DNA of 64,000 bases from Eledone cirrhosa (taxonomy: Eukaryota). The stretch's first letter is position 1; each line of letters begins with the position of its first letter. Both the position numbers and the translations under genes were made by a program. The notes beneath the pieces are model-generated. The model was not told the DNA's origin and ran no database searches. It saw only the letters and a list, made by a program, of their open reading frames with translations. Positions 1-9,506 of the stretch are shown piece by piece. Location of the stretch: contig OZ024743.1 of NCBI GenBank assembly GCA_964016885.1, forward strand, positions 257,796,001-257,860,000, read 5' to 3'.

Positions 1-59
1 TTACAAAATCTAGCACTAAAATATACTCAATTTACTTCTATTATTGCCCACCTCCCCCA

Positions 60-680
60 CTAGAAGCAATACATCCCTACCACTGCCACCTTCACAACCA
101 TCACTACTATTATTATCACAATCAGTACTACTACTACTAATACTACTACTACCAAATCATCAGCCCTAACATCACCACCTCTACCAACCACAATCCCCAT
201 CCCTGAGAACACCACCAGCACAATCACCATCCCCACCGCAACTACTAACACAATCACTATCCCCACCCCCACTACAACAAATATAAATATCTGTCCAAAC
301 AATTGATGATGTTATATATCTTGTAATTTCTACAACTGCAGATGTCAGTTGTCTTGTAATGGCCATCACAAAATTGTTGCCACTGAGGACACCATACTCA
401 ATAACCTTACTGATCACTATCATAAACTGTTGTTGTTGTTGATACTTGTGATGATGTGGCTGTTATTTATGTTGATGTTATATTGTGTTGATGGTGGTGG
501 TGGTGCGGTTCTTGTTATTGATGTTTGTGGTGGTGGTGTTGCTATTTTTGTTGTTGGTATTTGTAATGTGTTTTTATTGAGTACCATAGTTGTTATTTGT
601 AATTGTAATGTGTTTTTGTGTGTGTTGTTGATATTAATGGTGTTGATGTTGCTTTTTTATAGTGTATTTTTTATATCTTT
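60..680. repeat. Low-complexity ACT/ACC- then TGT/TGG-rich degenerate trinucleotide region
   Basis: Degenerate triplet repeats; the V/L/M-rich ORFs here are compositional artefacts. Confidence 0.7.
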
Positions 681-854
681 CTGATAAAATGCTTTCACTT
701 TTTTTACAAAATAAACTGTCTCGATATTACGCATAGCCTGCAGGGAATAGCAAACCTGTCACTAGTTACATTATTTCATCGGTGAGACGTTAAAATATTT
801 TAAAGGTAGCAAGCTAAGAGTTATTGGGGTCCAGAAAAAAATACAATGAACTTT

Positions 855-1235
855 TTAACCCTTTCATAACCATATCTGTAATAAAAAACACTATGATATG
901 ATTATCATATTAATTTGATAATAAAAATTGAGAAGGATTTAGTACTACGACTGAGGTTCTCATTATTAAGTTGGTGTTTAGAACATAACTTATCAAAAGT
1001 TCTTACATAAAATTATAATGGAAGATCTTTTGATAAATATAAACAATACATTTTATACCAATCCACCCCAAATCACCTCTGGTTTGATAAAACCAAACAA
1101 CTAATTTTTAAGTAAACCTTCCAACATTATTTGATATAAAAACCTTTAGTTATGTTACAAATATCTTAATACTGAGATAATAATTTTAATAGATTTCTCT
1201 GAATCCTTCATTAATTAATTCAAATAAAATGTATT
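855..1235. repeat. Old AT-rich interspersed repeat (MITE-like), related inverted copy near 8330-8577
   Basis: aatagatttctctgaatccttcattaatt (~1188) is the reverse complement of sequence at ~8420-8450; TTAACCCTTT at 856 and AAAGGGTTAA at ~8568 look like terminal repeats. Confidence 0.4.
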
Positions 1236-1304
1236 TCATTATAAAGCGGGCTCTAGCCCAGGTAAATATCCCCTCAATTCTGGTACTGGTTGGATTATCC
1301 AGAA

Positions 1305-1650
1305 GTGATGAGAAGAGACCAGACAGCCTTACCCTTTTGTCCTTGGGTAAGGGTCAGGTGTCTCATCTGGGATGCCACAGTCAATGACTCTTTTGCTCCC
1401 TCCTACATCATAGATGCTGCTTCCATTGCCAAATGGAATAAAATCTGAAAATACCAGGAACTATCAAACAATTATTTTTGCCAGCCTGTGGCATTCAGAT
1501 GTTTAGTGGAGTTGTGTTGCTGATAAGCAAAATTTTTGTCATTATTGGCAGCTCACCTTACTGAGGTGTTAGGTGATGTCATTTAGGGTGTCTGGTTGTT
1601 TCAATGATTCAGCCTCGCCCTCACCAGTGGTAATGCTGTAAGTGCATAGG
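1305..1650 (+). pseudogene. Relic of the C-terminal restriction-like endonuclease of a CRE-type non-LTR retrotransposon
   Basis: Manual translation across frameshifts gives KRPDSLTL..W...CLIWDATVNDSFAPSY..AASIA..K..KYQELSNNY..QPVA...WLFQxFSLALTSGNA, matching the RPD..PW..WD.T..KY..QRGNA signature. Confidence 0.65.
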
Positions 1651-2289
1651 TTTGCATAAAAAACATCTATGATGTGTGGCTGATTGTTGCACTTGGTTTT
1701 GAATTGATGGTTTTTTTTGTTTCCCTTTTTTTCTTCTTTCTCTTGCTCTGATTGTATAGTTTGGTGCATTGTATTTATGAGGTTCCTAGCAATGGATAAT
1801 TGTATTTATTATACATGTTTTAATTGTGTTTATATTTTCATTCTGTAAGAACTGAACAATTTGTAATGCTATTAACACAACTGAATAAAATTTAAAATAT
1901 TTATAAATTTAAGACCAAAAGGATTAAAACATTTTCTTGCCATATTAATAATGAAAGACACTGCCTGTGATTTTCAAATAATTTTGAAAATAATCAAGAC
2001 TTTGGAAGGATTTCGTAATATAATTAACTTTCTCAGTAGTAAGCTGGTATTTTGAACAAGGGTTGTAGATACATACACTTTAAAATAAGCTGCTTAGTAT
2101 AATAGAATAAGGGGTGGTTTCAAAAGGCTAAGGCCATTTCTCCTACTAATGAAGGAGTTAACTTTGCATGTTCCATGACAGGCGTTTTACTTATTGTGGG
2201 TTCAATGTTTTGACATGATTAATTAAACATTGTAGAGTTAACTTTCCAAACCACTGTTGATACTCATTTATTTCTTCTGAGCTAAATTA

Positions 2290-2400
2290 CTCAATGAGAA
2301 ATCAAATACCTTGCTCAAAGAGACAATACACCACTCAGTCTGAGAATCGAAACCAAGAGTTTATGATCAAAACACCAATACCCTAACCATTAGGCTGCAT
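2290..2400 (-). mobile_element. Degenerate tRNA-derived SINE head (SINE-A related)
   Basis: ccttgctcaa...ctgagaatcgaa...ctaaccattaggc resembles the SINE-A 5' part at 12940-13040. Confidence 0.45.
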
Positions 2401-3269
2401 AAATTCCCCATCATCAAATAATCAAATCCTGATTGTATGGTCATAATCTCAACAGCCTAACCATTCCCCTTAATCAACTGATCAAACCAAGACTGTCCAA
2501 ATTCAACAGTTTTTATATTTCATGGCCATAATCTCTTTAAGCTAGCAATACAAACAACTTATTTGCAAAGGAAACACCATAGATATGGTAGAAGCCTGAA
2601 AAAATAAATAATTAATAGAAGGCAAGTATGAAACTAAAAACCTTAAGATTATTGGGGAAAGAAAAAAATAAATCGGTCAAATAGTATGACTCGTCATTTT
2701 GTAAGCAATATATCTATTTATGTGCACGCTAGATTAAGCCTAAATCTTCCACCTTTCCTTTAGGTCATTGAGAGGGTTTGTGGTACAGAAGAAAATTTGA
2801 TTTATGGCAGTTTTTGATCAGTAAAACAAAAGGTGAATAAATAGGTGTTTTTACTTATCAGATGTTTCGTGTGAATTAATGAAAAAATAGCAGCAGCACT
2901 AACATCACAACAATCAATAACAATAATAACATGAGCCTCAGCAGCTGCAACACTAACAAAAATAATAATAGCTGTGTCTGCAACAACAATCAGCCACCAC
3001 CCTACCATCCTCATCCTCCTCATCACTATCGTCATCATCATCTTATGAAAAATAATAAGAAACATTTTAGAGTGAAATGAGAAATACTTGAAACTCTATA
3101 CTTATCTTCACATGAAAGTATGTAATTTATATGTAATATCGTAGAAGTCAACTTCTCCTTTCTCTCTCTCTCTGCTTATATTTGGAGTAAGAGAGATGGA
3201 TTGATAGAATTTTTAGGTTTTCGGACAAAATGATTTGTTGCATTTCGCTACAGCTCTTAATATTCCTAG

Positions 3270-3470
3270 TTCAAATCTTGTTAAGGTTGATTTTGCTTTC
3301 CATCCTTCAAGGATCGAGAAAATAAAGTGCCAGTCAAATATTGGGATTGATTTAAATCTTTTGATACCAAATAATCCTTGGCTTTACAATACAAAACTGT
3401 TTATTTTAAAGTATTTACATTACTAACCCATGCTAGCATGGAAGATAGACGTTAAATGATGATGATGATT
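3270..3470 (+). mobile_element. Degenerate SINE-B core followed by an RTE-type 3' tail
   Basis: ctttccatccttcaaggatcgagaaaataaagtgccagt, then ctaacccatgctagcatggaag...gacgttaaa(tga)n. Confidence 0.55.
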
Positions 3471-3984
3471 TATCTAAATCCTTTCCATTGTAATTTTATG
3501 AATCATCTTTGCTAACATGTTCCGAACACCAGAAAATTATCTAATTTACAAAATCCCTCCAAATTTGTTACCATTTTGAAAATGATTTGAACCTTATAGG
3601 CACTGTCTTTCATTAAATAAAGGGGGAGGAATGGGCTAAAGGGCTTATCTACATACTATTAAAACTGTGATTGTGTGCTTGTCTGTAATTTAATACAGCC
3701 AAAAAGCGCAGAATGCGAAAATACTTTAAAGGAAGTTGCTCCTGAAATGGGGATACAAATGGAATAAAACAAGTTTCATGTAAATCAGAGCACGGGTTCC
3801 TGAGATACAGGGTTTTTCCAGATACCTTCAGAAATAGAGAGAGAGAAAGATAGTGGGAAATAGATAGTGGTTGTGAGAGAGTAGATTGAAAGAAAGGGAT
3901 AGAGAGAGAGAAGGAGACAGAAGGAAAATGGAAGAGAGAGAAAGAGAGCCGGTGGTGTTGTTGAATGAAATTACACACACATAT

Positions 3985-4082
3985 ATATCATCATTTCCTT
4001 TTACATCTGCTTTTTCCCTGCTTGCCAGGGTGGGACGGGAACTGATTCTGGCTTGGGAAACAACACATCACCTGGTCTGAGA
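3985..4082 (-). mobile_element. Internally deleted SINE-A, head-to-head with the next copy
   Basis: RTE-type tail joined directly to the gaaacaacacatcacc segment. Confidence 0.7.
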
Positions 4083-4090
4083 ACAACCTT

Positions 4091-4392
4091 TCACAATCGA
4101 AAGGTTGTGAGTTCAATTCTCAGACCGGGTGATGTGTTGTTTCCTTGAGCAAGACACTTTATTTCACATTGCTCCAGTTTACTCGGCTGTAGAAATGAGA
4201 TGATAGGGACTGGGGTCCATATCATTCGACTGCAAAGTGGTTGTGGAGGTGCCACGGCAAAAAAGCACCCAGCACTCTCTGTAAAATGAGGTTGGTGTTA
4301 GGAAGGGCATCCAGCTGTAGAAATCAAGCCAGAATCAGTTCCCGTCCCACCCTTGCAAGCAGGTAAAAGTGGACGTAAAATGAAATGATGAT
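4091..4392 (+). mobile_element. SINE-A (tRNA head, ccttgagcaagacactt core, RTE-derived tail)
   Basis: B-box gagttcaattc; near-identical to copies at 6576, 12698 and 17794; (tga)n tail. Confidence 0.85.
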
Positions 4393-4849
4393 ATATATAT
4401 ATATATATATAAGGGATAACAAAATATCGTTATAGGTAATCCAGTTAGAGGTTGTGAATACTTCGTATTGTCAATAGTTTTAGCATATGGCGTTGTTTGA
4501 CTCAACAAGAGGTTTCCGTAGGTGGCGAGTTTATGAGTTCTCTTGCATTGCTATGTAAGTTTATCTTGAAGTAATAATATTGAAAGTGTGAAGAATAACA
4601 TGGTCAACAGTACAAAAAAGGGAGTTTATTTACAGTCTTAACAATTGTCTCACTGATTCAGTTGTCTAAAAATTGCTGAACACTTGAAGCTGTGCCACTC
4701 AATTTTAAATACGTTGTTAGCTTAACCAGATCTGAAAACTGTTAAAATATGCTCAGTTTCTACAAATTCAAATTACAACATCATTAATAAAGAAAGAGAG
4801 AGAAAAACGAAAGAGTGAGAGAGAGAAAAAAGAAAAAGGAAAAAAGAAA

Positions 4850-4988
4850 AAAAGAAAAAAAGAAAAAAAGAAAAAAAGAAAAAAAGAAAAAAAGAAAAAA
4901 AGAAAAAAAGAAAAAAAAGAAAAAAAGAAAAAAAGAAAAAAAGAAAAAAAGAAAAAAAGAAAAAAAGAAAAAAAGAAAAAAGAAAAAG
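4850..4988. repeat. (GAAAAAAA)n minisatellite expansion
   Basis: About 17 octamer units; not expanded in the opposite inverted arm. Confidence 0.9.
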
Positions 4989-5077
4989 ATATAGAGAAAA
5001 AAGGGAGAGAGAAAAGAAGAGAAAAGGATAAAGAAAAAATATAAAAGAGAAAGAAAAAGAAAAAGAAAAAGAAAAAG

Positions 5078-5262
5078 AATACAGAATTAGCTGGATGAAG
5101 TTGTCAACGACAATGGCCTATAGAATTGGCATGTCCCACTGTGGACTTTGTAATATGGAATTATTCCATATTTTTTAAATACAACAAAATGCTACTTAAC
5201 AGCAAAATTGAACGAACAATTTTCTGTAGGCATAAAACGGCGAGCAAATTCGATAATTTTAG
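5078..5262 (+). pseudogene. C-terminal tail of a Hydra-type PLE GIY-YIG endonuclease
   Basis: YRISWMKL...CGLCNMELFHIF...LLN...CRHK parallels YSIFWKKV...CNLCLNEKF...IIN...CLHK at 41690-41905. Confidence 0.65.
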
Positions 5263-5364
5263 ACCAACTTAATTCATCCCATCTATTCCATAACTCAAAT
5301 TGTACCACTTGAATCTATTATAATAACCTATTATCATTATTATTATTATTTTATCATTATTATT

Positions 5365-5672
5365 ATTAACTTTGCCTTTCATCCTTACGAGGTCGATAAA
5401 ATAAAGTACCAGTAATACACTGGGTAATTGCTGGCCTTGTGCTAAAAGTAGAAACAATTATTATTATTATTAAATGGCAGTGGTTTGGCAGTATCGGTAG
5501 AGGGTCGGACGCCATGATTTGCAGCATAGAGTTACAGCCCTTTATGATCTGAGTTCCCGCCGAAGCTAACTTTGCCTTTCATCCTTACGGGGTCGATAAA
5601 ATAAAGTACCAGTAATGTACTGGGGTAATTGCTGGCCTTATGCCAAAAGTAGAAATAATAATTATTATTATT
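5365..5672 (+). mobile_element. Two tandem SINE-B copies (one partial, one near full length) with (TTA)n tails
   Basis: Core gcctttcatccttacggggtcgataaaataaagtaccagt present twice; tRNA-like head ggcagtatcggtagag. Confidence 0.85.
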
Positions 5673-6255
5673 GTCAATGAACCAATATCATAACCTTTTA
5701 AATTTTATATTTTCTCTTTCATTTTCTATCTTTCTATTTCTTTCCCTAAATTTATTTCATCTCTTACATTAGATCTTATCGTATTATTTTCACTTCTAAT
5801 GTAACTTAAAATTAATTAATTAAATAATTAATTAATTATTTTATTAATTTATTAAATTAACTAATACATACATGAATATATTTAACATTTTCATGTTTAT
5901 ACCCTCATATCTCTATATTTTAACCACCAACACCACAACTACTCTCAATAATCATACTGTTTCTTCGCACATATAAACATTTTTTATTTATTTATTTTAT
6001 CATATTTTGTATTGTTTTTTATCGCCCTCGTTGCAACTTGTTCATTTGAATTTAATCATTTATTGTTGTTATCATTGTTTTTCTCTTTCTTTTTCTTTAT
6101 CTTATATTTTTTTCTTTATCCTTTTCTCTTCTTTTTTCTCTGTCTTTTTTTCTCTATATCTTTTTCTTTTTCCTTTTTTCCTTTTTCTTTTTTCTCTCTC
6201 TCTCTTTATTAATGATGCTGTAATTTGAATTCATAGAAACTAAGCATATTTTAAC

Positions 6256-6366
6256 AGTTTTTCTGATGATCTGGTTAAGCTAACAACGTATTTAAAATTG
6301 AGTGGCACAGCTTCAAGTGTTCAGCAATTTTTAGACAACTTAATCAGTGAAACAATTGTTAAGACT
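6256..6366 (+). ncRNA. Type I hammerhead ribozyme with extended stem II
   Basis: agttt..CTGATGA-tctggttaag...cttaatcagt-GAAA-CAATTG-TT-aagact. Confidence 0.65.
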
Positions 6367-6443
6367 AAATAAAACCCCCTTTTTTGTACTGTTGACCATG
6401 TTATTCTTCACTCTTTCAAAATATATATATATATATATATATA

Positions 6444-6574
6444 TTTATTAAAATAACAGATTAAAGTTTAAGCAAAGAATCGCTGCTTTCACCCTTAACA
6501 GGAGTTTCGGAAGATCCCGTTAAGGGTGAAAGCAGCGATTCTTTGCTTAAACTTTAATCTGTTATTATAATAAA
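6444..6574. repeat. Near-perfect hairpin (48 bp core arms, 19 nt loop)
   Basis: 6452-6499 is the reverse complement of 6519-6566. Confidence 0.9.
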
Positions 6575-6575
6575 T

Positions 6576-6870
6576 ATTCAATTCTCGGACCGGGTGATGT
6601 GTTGTTTCCTTGAGCAAGACACTTTATTTCACATTGCTCCAGTTTACTCAGCTGTAGAAATGAGATGATAGGGACTGGGGTCCATATCATTCCACTGCAA
6701 AGTGGTCGTGGAGGTGCCATGGCAAAAAAGCACCCAGCACTCACTGTAAATGAGGTTGGTGTTAGGAAGGGCATCCAGCTGTAGAAATCAAGCCAGAATC
6801 AGTTCCCGTCCCACCCTTGCAAGCAGCAGGGGAAGCGGACGTAAAATGAAATGATGATGATGATGATGAT
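6576..6870 (+). mobile_element. SINE-A, 5' truncated
   Basis: Same core and (gat)n tail as the other copies. Confidence 0.85.
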
Positions 6871-6881
6871 ACGTATATATA

Positions 6882-7085
6882 TAGGAAAAGAGTCAGAATC
6901 CCAACGGCTGAGCTCCAGCTATTACGACAGCTAGTTCTGAATGCATTCAAAACTAGCTGTCGAAACGGTCAAAGCTCTGCCATTGGGGTCCTGACTCTTT
7001 TCTTATTACCCACTCTGCTACCCATAGTATCGAGAATTCTGGTGCGTTATGGTCCACCTGGTTCCTTACCACGCTTCCTTTGTTA
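6882..7085 (+). mobile_element. Small TA-flanked fold-back element with a half hammerhead motif
   Basis: gaaaagagtcag...ctgactcttttc arms; internal gacagctagtt/aactagctgtc stem followed by GAAACGGTC; similar sequence at ~44570-44620. Confidence 0.5.
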
Positions 7086-7115
7086 TATATATCTATATCT
7101 CTTTATATATATATA

Positions 7116-7116
<1 letters not shown>

Positions 7117-7152
<36 letters not shown>

Positions 7153-7300
7153 CCATCACCATCATCATCATCATCATCGTTTAACGTCCATCTTCCACGC
7201 TAGCATGGGTTAGACGGTTTTGCTCCATTTAATGCAAGAATGGTCGGAAGACCATGTTTCACTCGCACAGAAGCGTCTCTGGCAGGTTTTTTTTACAGCT
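7117..7300 (-). mobile_element. RTE-type 3' end fragment with long (CAT)n tail
   Basis: tttaacgtccatcttccacgctagcatgggttagacgg is shared with the RTE-A 3' end. Confidence 0.7.
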
Positions 7301-7471
7301 ATATATATATATATATGGGCCTTCCAATTTCATTTTTCATTATATACATGTCTGTGTATCTTTTAATTATTTGAAAATTATTTTTAAGTAAACGTGACCC
7401 AGCAGTCGATATTTATCTAAAAACCTTCCCTTATATGTAAGAAACTTTGTTATATTTTGTTCCAATCACCA

Positions 7472-7662
7472 ATAATAATAATTGTTTCTACTTTTGGCAC
7501 AAGGCCAGCAATTACCCAGTGCATTACTGGTACTTTATTTTATCGACCCCGTAAGGATGAAAGGCAAAGTTAACTCGGCGGGATTTGAACTCAGAATGGC
7601 AAGGACCGTAACTCTATGCATCAAAGCATGGCGTCCGACCCTCTACCGATACTGCCAATCCA
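7472..7662 (-). mobile_element. SINE-B, full length
   Basis: Reverse complement of copies at 59461 and 62733; B-box gagttcaaatccc. Confidence 0.85.
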
Positions 7663-9012
7663 CCAATGAAAGTGTTATATTACTATATCTGTCCAATTTC
7701 TTGATTACTTTCAAAATGATTTCAAAATCATAGGTAGTTCATTTTATTAGAAGTATGGTAATGATAAAATTAATCAAATTTTTACTCAACTATTAGCTGC
7801 AGACCTACATTTTTTTGCATTTGTTAAAATAAATGTCATTGTTAGAAGGACCATCATCAAATTTGTCATCAACTCTATGTCATTTATGTTTCCCAGTTAA
7901 TTATAACGGTCACTTCTATTATATAGACTATAATACTTCTTTGCTCACTTATTCCTGAAATGACCATGGGGTCAGAGTCCTCAAACACGCCTTCCTATCA
8001 TAAGCAGCCATCACCAAATGATATGGATCAATCCCCAAGGAAGACCAACTGAACTCATGGATGTTATTCAACCATAATGCTCATGGTCTACCTCAGGGTC
8101 TCCTGCTCATAAAATATGTCCAGCAATTCTTTCCTTAGACATTCTACTCACATGTCCACTATAACACATTTTAATATATTGAACAAGGCTCTAAGAAAAG
8201 TTGCTCTATTTTGGGATAACGGTGTTCACAAAAGATTATGTACTAAACATCAACAATATAATAATGAGAAAGTTTGTTATATTACTAAATCCCTCCAGAT
8301 ATATTACTATTTTGAAATTTTTCGGAAAATCAAAGGCAGTGTCATTCATTATAGATATAGTAAGAAAATATTTTGAACCTTTTGATGTTAAATTTATAAA
8401 GAAATAACTAGTATTTGAAATAATTAATGAAGGATTCAGAGAAATCTATTAAAATTAGAGATGTACTAATGAAATGTATAATTTAAGGGAATGTTATATT
8501 GCTAAATATCTCCGAATTCTTATTAAAAAAATTATAGATAGTATCTTTCATTAGAAATATAGTGTCAAAGGGTTAAATGACTTCTTGATTATTTGAAAAT
8601 ATATTTAGAAATCATAAGCAGTGTCTTTCATTAGAAATATATTACTACAACAACATTAATACATTCTTTTCTTGCCCTCAGCCCTCAGAGGACAATTGGT
8701 TTCTCATGTATTTTGGTTTATCTTTCAATGATGTGTTGTCATTGTCTTCTATTGTTTACAGCAACACCACAACTGCAGCAGCACCAAATATATAAAGTCA
8801 GTTATTACTTGGTTGCAAAATTATGTTATAAACCCATGCAATTAACATTAACGTCTCTTGGAAATATTATTGTTTTGTTAAGTATCTAATTTTATCATTT
8901 TTGAAATAAACAGCTAATACTCCAATCACATGAGACAATTTGATAGAAGGTAATTCTAAGCACTATGAACACACACACACATATATACACACACAAATAT
9001 ATATATATATAC

Positions 9013-9440
9013 ACAAATGCGACCGGTGCTTTGAGAAAACAACAACAAAACTTCAGCACTGATCATATAAAAAATCTAAATAGCACGAGTAGGTTATATT
9101 CCATCATTAGGTTTTTTCTGTTTAAATTCTAGCTACCTAATGAGGTCATAGCTGTTGCATAATGGTTATCACTGAAATATATATAACAGCGACTATGAAT
9201 AAACAAAGTTAATTTTAACCTGTTGACTTACACTTCTTGCTTTTAAATATAATCAGAGTAAACAGACCCACCTGTGCACTTCGTCCAGTGCTCTACTCTG
9301 CATACTGAATTTAGGGTAGTATTCGATGCACCATTACATAGATAGTGAGTATATTTCAGAAATAGAATTGGGACTGCTAGGCCTGCTGTTTCGACTTCAA
9401 TCTGAAACTACAAGATTTGTAGTTGGGATTCTACGTATTA
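9013..9440 (+). mobile_element. Microsatellite-flanked non-coding element with a degenerate hammerhead (9131-9190)
   Basis: CTAATGA (mutated core)-ggtcatagctgtt/aatggttatcact-GAAA-TATATA-TA. Confidence 0.45.
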
Positions 9441-9456
9441 CATACATACATACATT

Positions 9457-9490
<34 letters not shown>

Positions 9491-9506
9491 CATAGGGTAA
9501 TAGGGT

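Larger units (their letters stand above)
4411..6420 (+). mobile_element. 5'-truncated Hydra-type PLE with an inverted pseudo-LTR at its 5' side, flanked by (TA)n
   Basis: 4580-5075 is the reverse complement of ~6078-6420; GIY-YIG C-terminal relic at 5078-5262; hammerhead in the right arm; TA tracts at both ends. Confidence 0.7.

Noticed and set aside
60-684. Hydrophobic Val/Leu-rich ORFs resembling membrane proteins
   Set aside because: Products of degenerate trinucleotide repeats; no domain or splice support
735-770. Hairpin plus CTAG resembling a Helitron 3' end
   Set aside because: Short and imperfect, with no identifiable 5' end or second copy
2745-2835. Polypyrimidine tract plus AG resembling a host exon acceptor
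   Set aside because: No recognisable coding frame or partner exons; cannot be supported without transcripts
5269-7733. Recurrent small ORFs [13 protein letters not shown] / [14 protein letters not shown] / MPFLTPTSFTVSAG
   Set aside because: Incidental translations of SINE-B, SINE-A and RTE UTR copies, not a gene family
7850-8125. Possible ancient RTE/Expander C-terminus on the minus strand (RRPxGRP..W..I)
   Set aside because: Too decayed to call by eye
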